A DNA stretch of 63,687 bases, counting the filler, from Sphacelaria rigidula (lineage: Eukaryota), in the NCBI GenBank assembly GCA_964200075.2. It is 6 parts of 6 records of this genome, joined end to end, with 100 filler letters (N's around TTAATTAATTAA, not from the genome) between each part and the next. Parts side by side here need not be neighbours in the genome. Positions count along the whole stretch, not along the records: positions 10,634 to 21,166 come from CAXNAA020006328.1; positions 21,267 to 31,797 come from CAXNAA020006329.1; 4 more parts are not named here. One strand, given 5' to 3'. This document shows positions 12,170-24,892 of the stretch, one piece after another. A program made the translations under genes and the position numbers. Below the pieces are notes generated by a model. That model had not been told where the DNA came from and searched no databases. It worked only from the letters and a program-made list of their open reading frames with translations. Every line of letters begins with the position of its first letter. Position 1 is the stretch's first letter.

Positions 12170-12669
12170 CTGGTGGGAGGCCAAACAATTGTGTTGGAAG
12201 TGCCAAGTGTTCGGTAAAAAATGAACGTTCGCTATGTGGATAGCACTGTAGATGTGCGCTGGCGGGATCCAACGTCACGTGTTTCAAAATGTCGTGCGTT
12301 AGGATAAAATGAACGTTTTTCAGAAAAAAATGGGACACCACCACGTCGATATCTCGCAATAGGCGGAGACCGATCGGGGCAACACAAGAGAAAGTGGGGA
12401 AACATGGCAGCTCCACCTGATGAAAGTACAACGGCGAGGGGAAATGGCGCGATATCCTCATCCATTGAGATGTGAACGGATGCCAAAAAAGATAACGCTA
12501 CTGCAAAAAACGAATGCAGTCAATCCTGGTGTCAAACTTACCGGCTTTATCCCGAAGGCGATCCGATTGTATGAATCAGTATCACCGATCATTCCACAAC
12601 ACAACTGGAAGTGCATTGAAAGTCAACTGCTTCACGATCACCACCAAAGTTTCAAAAGTTTAGGCTGAC

Positions 12670-12828
12670 CTTGTCTCCTTCGTTTTGGTCCCGACTGCTG
12701 ACGCTGGCTGAGCTCGGCTTGGCACCGTTGCGATAGCCCGCTGCAACAGACTGGTTGAGCAGGTTGTGCGTGCGTCCCTGCATGTCAGCCTCGGCCTCGC
12801 GTGCTGCCATTTCGTCGTCGCTTATTTC
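12670..12828 (-). CDS. NVL: NVL/Rix7-like ATPase, exon 3
   Basis: CAG|GAA acceptor; 53 codons EISDDEMAAREAEADMQGRTHNLLNQSVAAGYRNG...GDK; AAG|GTCAG donor. Confidence 0.8.
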
Positions 12829-13323
12829 CTGAACACACGAAATACTAAAAAATATCAGGATAACGTCTGTAAAACCACCTAGACCCTACTCATAATACGA
12901 CGTGCTGCGATTGATATTCTTGTACACAAAAAGGTACAAACATTTCTTCAGATCCCCACTGTCGTGTAGCAAACGAACTACCGACCACGTACTGCTCGGA
13001 TAGGCAGCAACGAGAACAAAAAGACGTCGCACGGAAACGTCGTTGCAACATGTCAAGAAAAACCTGCTGTTCATCACGATGGTGGATCACAATTGGACCG
13101 AGTTGCATCTTCTACCGCTCCGTTTCACACGCCATCTGCCCTCCACACTCACCCAGCAACGATAGTACCTCTGAACCCCATCCAGGGTCGAAGCATGACA
13201 GGACAGCTGTCGAACACATTCCTTCTTTCCGATGCTTCTACCCTTCCACCATACCCCCCTTATATTGCATCTTGTCCCTCAACGCCTTTGCACTGGGGTA
13301 TAATGTACGAGCTGACGATGTAC

Positions 13324-13590
13324 CTCTTCGTTTTTTTCTGATGCGCCTCTCCTCCCCCCCCTGCTTTTCTTGTTGCGGTATCTGCCCGATTCCTCCTGTG
13401 ACGATTGCTGAGGTGATTGCTGCTGTTGTTGTCGTTGTTGTTGATGATGACGATCCAGACCTACTCCGCCCGCTGCTGCTACTGCGTCGGCGTCCCCCTC
13501 TCGTGGCCGTTTTTTCTTGTCGCGGGTAGGGGTGGGGTTGCCTTCCGTCAGGTTGCGGAGGGCCTTCCCGACAGACTTGCGTAGGGGACC
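13324..13590 (-). CDS. NVL: NVL/Rix7-like ATPase, exon 2
   Basis: CAG|GGT acceptor; open for 89 codons (GPLRKSVGKALRNL...KKKRPRE...QQQRQQQQQ...EKNEE); GAG|GTA donor; phases 0/0. Confidence 0.8.
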
Positions 13591-14345
13591 CTGCTTCGAC
13601 AGTGAGGTACGAGAGCCGGTGTAGAAAACATCAGCTCATACAGTTATGTGGTGCTGTCACGTGCGCTGTCCATGCTGCACGGTATAACTCTTCGTGCAAC
13701 GTCCTTGCCGCCCTAGAAATATTCTCATTTAGTTGCAACTGAAACGGCTTTCAGAACACTTTTCGCAGTACGATACTGTACTGTGCGAGCTGGGCCAGCC
13801 GAGAAGCGAACTTATACTTTGCAGGCTCATTAAGTTCATTATTATTATAATATCCATCACATTAGCTCGATCTCTCCAACCCGTGGTTACAGAGTGCAAG
13901 GAGCATACCACCAATATGATTAGCCGGCCAATATTTGAAGTTGGACCCTGAAATTTGGCATGGACAATGAATAGGGCATAATAAAAACAAATACAAGTGT
14001 ACACAAGGTTTTCTTCAAACCTTGTGTGCACTGGTATTTGTTTTCATCATGTCCTATTTATTGTCCATACCAAATATCTCAAACCTTGTGTGTACTGGTA
14101 TCTGTTTTCATCATGCCCTCTTCATTGTCCATACCAAATCTTAGGGTCCACCTCTAAATATTGGTCGGCTAATGGGTCGTTTAGTGACGGGGTCGGAAGA
14201 AATTCGAAACAGTATTTCGCAAGTCACTCACCGGCCCACGTTTGGTTTTAATGCATTGAAATTTTGAGGGGCCCTCGTTTGGGCTCAATTAACAAAGCAA
14301 AGTGGATCAGGATGATTTTTTTTTCACTGGTTTAGGATGTTGTTC

Positions 14346-14813
14346 AGACCCACTTTTATGGCAACGAGTCCCGATTTTTACAAATATGAGGATTTCAGCC
14401 CATCTACAGGCGATTCTTTCCCGTGGATTTTTCGGACCTCAGTCCAATGGACAATGTTTTTCGGCTAGCCATGAGCAAACCAGACCATTTCTCCGATTCT
14501 ATGGACGTTGACTCTTGGTTTATCACATTTCTGCCCAAATCGGGACACTCCCGCATCTCCCCCGATTTTCCAGAAAAATCGGGGGAGATGCGGGGGAGAT
14601 GCGGGAGTGTCCCGATTTCAGCAGAACGGTGATGTATCGAAAGTCAACGCCCATAGAATCGGAGAATTGATCGGGTTTGCTCACAGCTAGCCGAAAGACA
14701 TTGCCCAACGGACTGGGGTGCGAAAAATCAATCCAGGGGAGAAAATCGCCTGTAGACGGACTGAAATCCCCCTATTTATAAGAAACGGAATTCGTTGCCA
14801 TAAAAGTAGGTCT
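14346..14813. mobile_element. Foldback MITE (whole element is an imperfect palindrome) in NVL intron 1
   Basis: AGACCCACTTTTATGGCAACGA at the left versus TCGTTGCCATAAAAGTAGGTCT at the right; the arms pair inward to ~14570. Confidence 0.9.
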
Positions 14814-14814
14814 T

Positions 14815-15505
14815 AGTACGGAAACGACCATATTTTTACGAGAACGCCCGAACCTCTCTCGAAAAAAAAATTAGGGCTCATTTTGTTTCTTTATTCGGCA
14901 TACCTCTGTGGTTCTTTATCGTGAGTTTCAAACCACAATTCTGGAAAATTGAGCTAAAAACTTGAGATGAGGCCCAAAAGCAGTGTTCATTACTTCTCAA
15001 AAATGCCCTACACGCGAAAATAAACACGAAGAAATGAAAAAGCTGTTTTTTTTGCCGTATTAGGCCAACTTTTATGGGAGTGTTTGAAATTTTATTCTGC
15101 AACAATTTCAGAGGAGTTTTTTTTTTTCTTTGTCATCATGGTGAACGGGCACAAAATACACAATTACGGCAAATAAAAAAAAATCGTTTAAAAGTATTGC
15201 AAAATAAAATTCTAAACGCTCCCATAAGAGTTGGCCTTATACACCACTCTCCATGCGAAATTTCATAGCATAGATCTCAAAAACTGAGACGCGATATCCA
15301 GATTTAGCTAATCCAGTGCCTCTGCTCGTAATATATTGATTTTAGTCTGGGACATGTATGTTCTCCATCTTGAGATAGATAACGAATTAGGTGAAGGTGA
15401 GGGTATCTATCGTCTCCCCGTGCTCCAGGGAATGTTTGCACCAAAAATCGTCACCACCCGCTGAATGTATCGATTTGGGGTTTCAGATAGATTTTAGTAT
15501 GGGTA
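14815..15505. repeat. Dispersed repeat with an internal palindrome (15057-15243); inverted copy at ~17835-18350
   Basis: GACCATATTTTTACGAGA / TCTCGTAAAAATATGGTC and CCGTGCTCCAGGGAATGTT / AACATTCCCTGGAGCACGG match as reverse complements. Confidence 0.8.
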
Positions 15506-15727
15506 GGTACCTAGAGCGTGCTTCACATCTACCAACACACCGACAAACGGTGCCTTCCATTTTTACCCCGCAACGCACATAGCCCTCTCGACAGCAGCTC
15601 AATCTACGCGATACTAAATAGATTACTAAACGAGTATCACACCACTACAGTACAGTACGGTACGATATAGACCATTGCATCACTAACCCAACAGCAAATG
15701 TACCCCACCAGGCAACCGTGAACACAC

Positions 15728-15895
15728 CTGTGGCTTGCGGACGTACTCCTTAAATTTGTCGAGCAAGAAGTCGAATGCAACATCCTCCGCTATCGATCCT
15801 CCTCGTTTCTTTTGCTCCCCGATGAACTGCTTCAATCGAAACACCAACTTTGTGTCCACAAAGTAGTCTTTGCTATCACCACTCCCTCGAGACAT
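15728..15895 (-). CDS. NVL: NVL/Rix7-like AAA+ ATPase, exon 1 (N-terminal domain)
   Basis: ATG at 15895; MSRGSGDSKDYFVDTKLVFRLKQF...LLDKFKEYVRKPQ resembles the NVL2 N-terminal nucleolin-binding region; CAG|GTGTG donor, phase 0. Confidence 0.85.
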
Positions 15896-17400
15896 GACCG
15901 CTGCCGATGACAGTACGGCTGCGGTGCGCCCAACCAGCAAAATATTTATGTTTTGTGCAATAATAATAGACTGTGTTTCATCACGACCCGCTGTTGATGG
16001 CGTAGTTGCCCATCCAGACGAGGTATTACAGTTGAATGACTTGTTCACGATAGTACCAAAATTTGATCCATTAATTTTTAATTCACTTTCTTGACAAAAA
16101 ATGTCTCGACTGTGCCTGAATGTGTAATATTAAGGGAATATCCATGTATTTATATGTAATACTGTAGAGAAAACATAGTCTCCCGTTCCTGTATGACTTA
16201 GTGGTCATTGTCTTTTCATGTATCAGCGACTCGGGTCATTTGTCACGGGACTGTGAGAATTTCTGCCTCTTTCTGCACGCCGGCTGCTATCTTCATGGTT
16301 CACAGGGCCACAGGCACGCTGCTGTTGTCGAAGGTAAGACACTCTCTGTACAACGTTTGCATACGATGTATTGTATCATGCGTGAATATTCATACGTGCA
16401 AGACTTCGTGACAAAGTAAAGGCCATATCCGTTTTTCGCGCAATTTCAGTGCGATGCCCTTTTTGACCCAGCGTCACAGACGGTTCACGGTTCAGTCCAG
16501 GTGTCTGTACAGCAGTGCCGTTCAGCCCAGGCGTGAAGTACCTGCTTCTTTGGTGGCGCTGTTCAAAAATTGCTCGCTGAGCTGCAGTAGCAAGTATCAT
16601 GTGCAAGGCTTTTATGCTTTCGTTTTGGATGGCTTTTGGCCTTCCTTGTCTATCGTGTACGTCGTCGTCCGTATTTTTGAATGTAAATCGGAGGATCATG
16701 ATGATTCCTTGGACATCAATTGCGGTGAGCCGTCCGAGCCTGAGTGAGGCACAGAGGAAGAATCACTCCCACTGCCAAGGTCATCAATTCAAGCCAGTTT
16801 TCCGGCGTATTGGCACATTCTCGGACTATGCGGTAGCAGCAGCGCAGTCGCATATCGTGCTGTCAAGGATTTCTCCTGTCCAACGGGACTCGTACCTCGC
16901 TTGTGATTTTTTAAATATGCATGTAGTTCAGTACAGTAGAGTAGTAGGTGGGTGGTCCGCCTTTTCGCCTACATACCCCGCACTCCTGGTGTTCTCCCGC
17001 CTTCTTTTCCTGGATGTTCCTTCGCGCCTCCAGTTTTGAGCCTGAGATTCCTGACCACGTAGCTCTCTTGAGTAATAGCGCAGTACATGCGGTGATCTTT
17101 CTTGAATATACCGACCTTGAGATGACCTACAGCCCACCTCCAAGCCCTGCTGCGCAAATTTGTTCCTTCGAAGCGTTATTCCTTTATTCCTTGTTGTCCA
17201 CGCCATGTCACCACGAGTGCCGTTGTTGGCACGAGGTGTGGTTCTTGAAGTTGCAAGAGTATTAATCACGACGCATAGATATTGCAGTCTGAGGGGTATG
17301 GTGAGGATACAAAAACTAATGTTGCAAAAAGAGCAGAGATGCTTGCATTCTGCCAAAATTCGCGATGAAAGGCCTACAAAGGCTGCTTCTTCTTGATTTG

Positions 17401-18966
17401 GGCCGCTTCTTCCAGCCAGAAAACGGGCTCTCGGAAAACCGCTTTTCGAGCGCAGATTTTTGGCAGAAGACGGACCTTGTTGGATTCGGCTGCCTCTTCT
17501 GAAAGATGTGCTATGCCTTCTAAGAGGATTCTAGCGCACTTTCCCACTCTTTCGTGCGCCCAGTTTACCTTCGACCGGATTCCCGATTTTTTCAGTAGCC
17601 CCGAAACCTTCGAGTTTCATCTTTGAAAAGGGATACGAGCTGGGCCGGCCTATTTTAGGTGCGGATTTCAGCTCTCAAGGCAATATCTTATCGGCACACA
17701 CGAGTTGGGGCGTGATGTGCATATCGTATCAATCGTCTGATCATGGGGAAGGTGCCCATGTGCTCGTATGTCTGGGGCCATTTTTTTGTCGTTGATTAAA
17801 TCCATGTCCAGTAATTCCTATACTGTACGGAGATAGCGTCCATACGAAAGTCTGTATGAAATTTCGAACGATACATACAGCGGATGATGACAACTTTTGG
17901 TGTGAACATTCCCTGGAGCACGGCGAAACGATCGATTCCTCCACTTTTGCCTTACAGCGTTTGTTATTTGTCTCGAGATATGGCGCACACAATGTTTTAT
18001 ACTAAAATCAATATATTTCGAGCACTTACTGCACGAAATCTGAATATTGTGTCTGAGTTTTTGAGAGTTGTGCTTTGAAATTTCGTATGGAGAATCGCTA
18101 ATGCCTAGTAAAAAAATCATCCTTTTCTGTTTATCTCGGGTTTTTTTCATAATTTTCGTGTTTTCAGGGAACTTTTGAGGGGAAACGGACAATGCCCTTG
18201 GACCTCATGTCAGTTTTTCCGCTCAATACAAGAATAGAGATTTTGAACGTATCATGGAGAATGCGAAGGCATGCCGAAGAAAAAATCGAGCCCTTATTTT
18301 ATTTTCTCTCGGAGAGGTACGGACCCTCTCGTAAAAATATGGTCTTTACGATAATAGTAAAGCGTCTTGAACAAGTGAAATTATATATGAATGTCAACAT
18401 TCCCCGCTTTTTTGGTTGGTTACGGCCTAGCCTAGTCCCACACAAAGATTCAAAACACAAGTGCCAAACCTGGGCCGGTGAATGGCCTGGAAAATATTGT
18501 CATGAATTTCGCCCGGCATTATTTCAAAATCGCCTCGGCCCGTCTCACCTCAATTTTGCGAGTTGGACTTCGAAATTTGGTACGAAGGAAGAATAGGGCA
18601 TCCAAAAAAGCTGTCGATCGGGACGTGCAGATTTATTTTTTGTGAGTTCACTGTGTTTTTCTGATACCTAGGTATTGATTATTGCCCTTACCGCACGAAA
18701 AAAAGAAGTCTGCACGTCTCGATCGACAGTTTTTTTGGATGCCCTCTTCTTCCTCCGTACCAAATTTCAAAATCCAAACCTCAAAACTAAGATGAGACGG
18801 AGTCTGCAAACCACAAATTCGCGTCTAGGCCGGTCCAGCTGGTCGCAAGTCTTTTAGAGGGAGCCCAATCCGCCGAGGCCCGTATTCCGCCAAAAAATCA
18901 GCGATGAAAGGGTCAAAAAGGGTATTTTGCAAGAGCCCGTTTTCTGTCTGACTATAAGAAGCGACC
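17401..18966. mobile_element. Nested non-autonomous TIR element with an internal palindrome at ~18540-18800
   Basis: Left GGCCGCTTCTTCCAGCCAGAAAACGGGCTCT versus right AGAGCCCGTTTTCTGTCTGACTATAAGAAGCGACC. Flanks TTG/TTA are weakly compatible with PIF/Harbinger. Confidence 0.65.
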
Positions 18967-20443
18967 TTATACTGCCATATACTGACATCGATCAACAGCA
19001 GTACCAACATACCAATATGTTCCTTCGTACACTGCAGTTATTATTCACTGAGTATACACGTGTTACTGTCCTTATTTGGCTGTGGTGATATACATTTGCG
19101 CCGACTATTGTTCACACGAGCAGCAACATACCCCAAGTGGGAGACCAGGCATGAACAATAGCCCCAGCTCTTGAGAGGCACGTGCCAACAGCTCAACGTC
19201 CAACAGCGATTCCGACGATTTGTCATCAACACCAAACGACAGTGAACATATCGTCATTTTCAACATTTTTCGCCGCCACATTTTTTCGGTATAATCAAAC
19301 TTCGTGAGCAAAACGCTGCTCTCGGGCGGTCGATCATGACCTCGATTTTGAACAAGATGACGCTGAAGCGTACATTTTTCTCGCCTGCCACGAGGCCCTC
19401 TCACCAGCCGCAGGGCTGCTGCTGTAGACATTATCGTGAGATATTTCGCTGGATAGTCAACACATTCAGGAGACCTGTAGGAATATTGCAGCCCTTGTGG
19501 CTTTCGATAGTACGAAGATTTTTGTGGGGAGCGTCCTACCGACAAAGTTTATCTTGGATCGACGAAAAGACGTATCCTTGTAAAGTAATCTGTGTCCGAC
19601 CTTCAGGGCTGTGTCAGATGAAAAAGGCGTTACTGTCACGACAAGCGGATATGTTCAGTAACTCTTGGAAAACACATCGCGCTTCGGCGGAGCTCATGAC
19701 CATTGGATGTAAAACTACGTTTCAGGTGTTTGTCTGAAGAAAAATACCCTGGGGGTGTTATTCTCCGTATATACGACTTCTCACGGCTCCTGTACTTGAC
19801 AATTTTTATAACCGATCCAAAATTAAAATTCACAGCAACACTCAACTACCACCAGCGATATCTGCGGCAATCATTTGGCACTTGAGACTGCAGAGCTATT
19901 TCGCAGATTGTTTGACGGGACGTGAAAGATGATCACCCACTGGTCAATTTTTTGTTGCCGCAAAAGCAGCTTGGTCGCCCCAAACCAAATGGTATCAAAG
20001 TATCCACGTGATAACTGATTGTATTATCTGTTCTAGATTTGGTTGGGGACTTACTGTACTTGCATCCATCATTTAGTGCTGTTGTTACCGACAGCTAGAT
20101 CAGCGTTACCATGACAATCGGGGCGACTAAAAAGGACCTGCGCTACTCACTGTGGAATATAGCAAAGAGGAGGATGACGGAGATGGAAACATGAAAGAGC
20201 TCTTAACGCTTCAACCACTATGGGCAAATTATACGACGCGCATTTTTTGCCGAGTTTTTGCTTGCCTATCGCTGCCCGGCGTCGATCGCCGTTTTTTCCC
20301 GATTACATCACGGATACTGTTGCATAGTATATAGCCAGCTTGAGGCATAATAGAGCCGTTCAATTACGGCTCGCTGCTGGGGATGCTGTACTGTAGAAAG
20401 TTATTGGTACAGGCTGGGCCGCCTAAGATGCGGAGAGGGATGT

Positions 20444-21085
20444 GAACACCCGATTTAGCAGCTGAATTTCAGGTCCTTTTCTTCGAAATTTTGACACGAT
20501 GTACAGGATGTATGTGCGAAGACGCCACCTTTTCCACCCTACATTTTTTCTTCTTCTTTTCGGAGTTATTTACGATTTTGTTCCGAAACAAACTGTTCTT
20601 GAATGTTTTGTCGCCGATAACTCACGGAGAAAGAAAATAAAATGTAGGGTGGAAAAGGTGGCGTCTTCGCACATACATCCTGTACATCGTGTCAAAATTT
20701 CATTGAAAACGGCCTGAAATTCAGGTGCTAAATCGCGTGTTCGTGTCCAAGACTGGATCCTATGTGGAGATGGACCAGCCACGAAAAAATGAAACGCGGT
20801 TATGCTGTTGAATTTTATGTATTTTTTCACGAAATTTCGACACGATGCGCATGAGGAATGTTTTGAACTCCCTACTGTCCTCCGTTGACATTTTTGTTTT
20901 TGTTAAATGAGTTGTCGACGCTTTTGTACCAGAGAAAATGTTCCGAAATTTAGATCACCAATAACGTACAAGGAAAAAAAATAAAGGAAGAGAGGCAAAC
21001 AGTAGGGACTCCACACATACCTCATGTATATCGTGTCAAAATTTCATTGAAAACAACTTCAAATTGAGCAGTGAAATCGCGTTTT
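20444..21085. repeat. Two tandem related palindromes (20444-20742 well preserved; ~20790-21085 diverged)
   Basis: GAAATTTTGACACGATGTACAGGATGTATGTGCGAAGACGCCACCTTTTCCACCCTACATTTT has its exact reverse complement at ~20640-20701. The CGACACGATG/CATCGTGTCAAAATTTCATTGAAAAC pattern repeats in the second unit. Confidence 0.85.
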
Positions 21086-21388
21086 TCTGTCGAGAACCGG
21101 TTCACTTGCTTTTAGAGTACAATTACCTCAGCCGGGACTTTGACGTTTTCTACAAGCGCGACGCCTNNNNNNNNNNNNNNNNNNNNNNNNNNNNNNNNNN
21201 NNNNNNNNNNTTAATTAATTAANNNNNNNNNNNNNNNNNNNNNNNNNNNNNNNNNNNNNNNNNNNNCTCTCTTCCCCCGACCCGCCGGTAAAAAACCCTT
21301 CTCCCCCCCCCCGCCTTCCAACCCCCACCAATATCTCCCCCCCCCCCCCCCCCCCCCCCCCTTTCCCCTTAATATATGTCGTGAATTT

Positions 21389-23407
21389 CAGGGGTCTACA
21401 CGTTACACGTGCCACAGCATTACACGTTACGTTCACGTTGCCGAAACGTAACGTGAACGTTAATTTTTTCACGTGTTGAACGTGATGTTAATTTTTCAAA
21501 TGAAACGTTAACGTAACCCTGAAAACAATCAAGGTGACACACGTAACGTAACGTGCACGTTTTATCGCCCAAACGTTCAAACCACGTAATATGGAATGTT
21601 TCATGTAACGTGTAACGTAATGTGCATTAGACGTTACACGTGACACGTAACGTTATATGCTACGTTACATGTCACATGAAACGTCATCATGAACACGTTA
21701 CATGAAGTGGTGAGACTTTAAGTTTGCAATGAATTTTAAAATCCCAGCAAATAGTGCTTCAATGAACACGAGTGTGTTTGAATGACCATTGTATTGGTAT
21801 GATACTAATGCAGAAATTTCGCGCTCTCCCCACCATACGTCACATTCCAAGTTATCGTTGCAGCACTGCATCATAACATCATATTCATGTCGATCACATT
21901 CAAGGCTCCTTCTCATGTATATAAAAAACACGTTGTCAGCAAAGCCGTTTCCCAACAGCGCGATTTTCCACATCATTTTTCAAAGTAGCCCTCCTTCCGT
22001 AATCGACGCGCTGTCAAAATTGGAAACGCAGTGCTCATCGTTTTCCATAAGGTGTGCAGGCGTAATTTCTAATTCTGGGGCGCGCGAGATAGACGCGGCA
22101 CTCTGCTGTCGTGTCGTGGTGTACGGTCCGTACTGACTGACTGTACTACTGTGATACATCGCCTGAGCAATACATGGTGGGCTGCGTGACGCGAGACAAT
22201 CAATACGAACACCGCCTTGCTGTACTAATAACTGACTGTAGAAGTGACGATTGTTCTTTTCACTGCACGGCAGTACTTGACTGAACGGAAAGCACGGACA
22301 AGAGGACACACAACAGTACTGTATTGTATGCATTGGCTGTAGTGATGGCTTGGCTGCCATTATCACTGCTGTCGCTGGTGCTCACGGGCAGTCAGCGTTT
22401 TGCTTTATTGTCCTTCGCTCGCCAGGAGCGTGATGGCCCTTGCCCCCATGAGAACATAATGGGGCAGGGTCCATAACGAGTGCTGTCAGACACTCAGTAT
22501 GTAGGTTGTACAGTAATATAGCTCAGTTCAGGTCTGTGCATTCAGCGTGTTGCAAGCAGCACTCGAATACAGTACAGACTGCCCAAGCACCCAAGCCCTG
22601 TAGACACTACAGCAGTAGCACTACTGCTTATACTGTGGTCTTGTGTGTACGGTCAGTGCGGTCCTGTCTCTACAAGTCTTGGGTGCGTGGGCAGTCTGTA
22701 CTGCATCCCGAGTGCTATTCGCATCACGCTGCCTGCACTGACCTGAAATGTGAGCTACAGTACTGCCTGTGCAAACTACACACAGAGTGTTTGTACATCA
22801 ATCGTCATCGGCCCTGGCCTGTGCTGTTCTCATGGAATAAAGAGCCACCATGATACTGGCGAGCTTCGGACAATAAAACAATAAGCTGACTGCTCGCGAG
22901 CACCAGCGACATCAGAGGTGATGGCAACCACGCCATCATGGCTGCTGTCGTGGGCTGGAGGGTGTGTTGGTGTGCGGCGGGATTTCAAACGCGTTTGCTG
23001 GTCACATGAGAAGTGGGTTTTAGGTCACTTATCAGGAAACGCGTTCTTTTATAGAGTTTTTTTATACATGAGGGGTGGCCGACGGGTCACCGTCAGCGTC
23101 ACGTACACGATAACACCACGCATTACACGACACCTTACAACGCCTTTAACACTGGTGGATGAGCCGCGACATGCACAGGATGAAACGTTACATTCGACCG
23201 CTACACGTGTCAATGTAACGTTATATCACACGTAACATTGAAACGTTTCATATTACGTAGCATGTAACGCAACGTAACGTTCATTTTTCATATGAAACGT
23301 TAACCTGACGTTCGAATTTATTTAACGTGGCATACGTAACGTAACGTGAACGTCAAAGTTTTTTCACGTGATGAACGTAACGTGAACGTGTAACGTGTAG
23401 ATCCCTG
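21389..23407. mobile_element. Non-autonomous hAT-type DNA transposon, 2019 bp
   Basis: TIR CAGGGGTCTACACGTTACACGT / ACGTGTAACGTGTAGATCCCTG; 8-bp TSD GTGAATTT (21381-21388) versus GTAAATTT (23408-23415); subterminal arrays of ACGT motifs; no transposase ORF recognised. Confidence 0.9.
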
Positions 23408-23426
23408 GTAAATTTATAACAAGTAG

Positions 23427-24022
23427 TACGTCGGACGAGTCATTACTCGTCGACACGAGTGCACTCGTGGATATTTTTTAAAAACACAACAAGCATGACT
23501 CGTGTGCTCGAGACATGAATTAATTCACAAAGAGCAATGAGTCGTGCGCTCGAGCCACTCATTTATGCACAAAAGCAATGACTCGAGTGCTCGTCCTGTA
23601 AATGTACTACTCGAGGGATACTCTCCGCCGCTTTAGTAGAACTCTGATATCTGTGTGTGGGGGGGGAGGGGTGGGCGGTGTTTAGATGGAATGAAAACGA
23701 GCTTTGGAGCTTGGCGCTTGTACATGTGCAGATATGCATATGAACTTGAAGCTCTTAGGTTCAAGATCGTCAGAGAGCTCATGATTATATTTGTTTGCTC
23801 GTCGGATTGCTGACTGTGCCTCTCATGTCGTTCATCACGAGTAATATCTCGTGTGCTCGAGTAATTCACTTCTCCACCACAAACAGTGACTGGAGTACTC
23901 GCCCCATTAATTCTTACGGCAAACGAGCAGTGACTCGAGTGCTCGCCCTATTATTTTTTACGGCTAACGAGCAGCCCGACGAGTGCGAGTATCACGAGTC
24001 ATACTCGTGCTCGTCCGACGTG
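23427..24022. mobile_element. ~600-bp TIR element rich in CTCGAG/ACTCG/CGAGT motifs
   Basis: ACGTCGGACGAG at the left and CTCGTCCGACGT at the right; dense GACTCG/CGAGTC subterminal motifs; TSD unclear. Confidence 0.75.
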
Positions 24023-24083
24023 TGTGAAATATATAACAATCTTCTGGTTGTACCCCCCTAATTTCGGCTCATGTGTCCCATAG

Positions 24084-24234
24084 GATCTACATGGAAGAGT
24101 CCGTGGGAGCTGTGTTGGGTGCTAACGTGATGCAGGATCATAATATTGTGTTCGACTACGACAACCGTCGAGTGGGATTTGCGGAGGCGATGTGCGATTA
24201 CAAGCCTAACTCCGAGATTGATGCGGCGGAAGAG
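24084..24234 (+). CDS. Internal exon: C-terminal end of a pepsin-family (A1) aspartic protease domain
   Basis: TAG|G acceptor; IYMEESVGAVLGANVMQDHNIVFDYDNRRVGFAEAMC matches the A1 C-terminal signature (hydrophobic-LG...vFD...rvGfA...C); GAG|GTATG donor. Confidence 0.9.
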
Positions 24235-24712
24235 GTATGTAGCAGTAGTGTAGGATACACGGTGAGATTCGGGATGTTATGTTTTTGCGACTTGACTTTC
24301 ACATCTACCTTCTTCTGCAACAGTGAAAAGAAACCCAAGTGCTGTATGTGTCGTAAAAATAGCATCCAATATCCCCCCACTTGAAACCGGGCGGGCATAA
24401 GACATGTACAAGGTTCTTGTGTAGTGTATGGAAGAAACGTGATGAGCGCCGGAATGTTTAAGGTGGCTCTATGAGGAGTATGAACGGTGCTCCGTCTCGA
24501 AAGGGATGCGTGGTCAACGGCCAAACGACTAGGACGAGCAACAAATGAGTACGCGCCCCTCCCCCGTCTCCCACTCCCTCTCGCTCCTCGCGAGGTCAGC
24601 GGTTTGATAACTATGGCGTGAACAACCGTCAGTACCCCCCTCCCCTCTTGCTCCTATCGTTCATGTCTTGCGTGTTTGTCGCTGTGCTTGGTTGCTACTG
24701 CACGTCGGTCAG

Positions 24713-24892
24713 TCGGGCTCGCCCAAAGTTGACGGACACGTGAAAATAGACGGAGCAGCACCAGAGGAAAGGCAGCAGGATCAGGCGGGAGAGAAGGCCG
24801 TGGACTGTGTTACCGCAAAGGCACAAGCGACCTTGTGCGATGTGACTTGTCCCGTGGAATTGTCGGTGGGGCGGACTATCGTGGGCCGCGAG
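24713..24892 (+). CDS. Aspartic protease gene, next exon (linker and start of a TSP1-like module)
   Basis: CAG|TCG to GAG|GTGCG, 60 codons, phase 0/0; DCVTAKAQATLCDVTCP. Confidence 0.75.

Noticed and set aside
16376..16699. Tc1/mariner-like HTH (DRQGRPKAI) in a minus-strand ORF
   Set aside because: A single short motif with no DDE domain or matching TIRs that I can identify.
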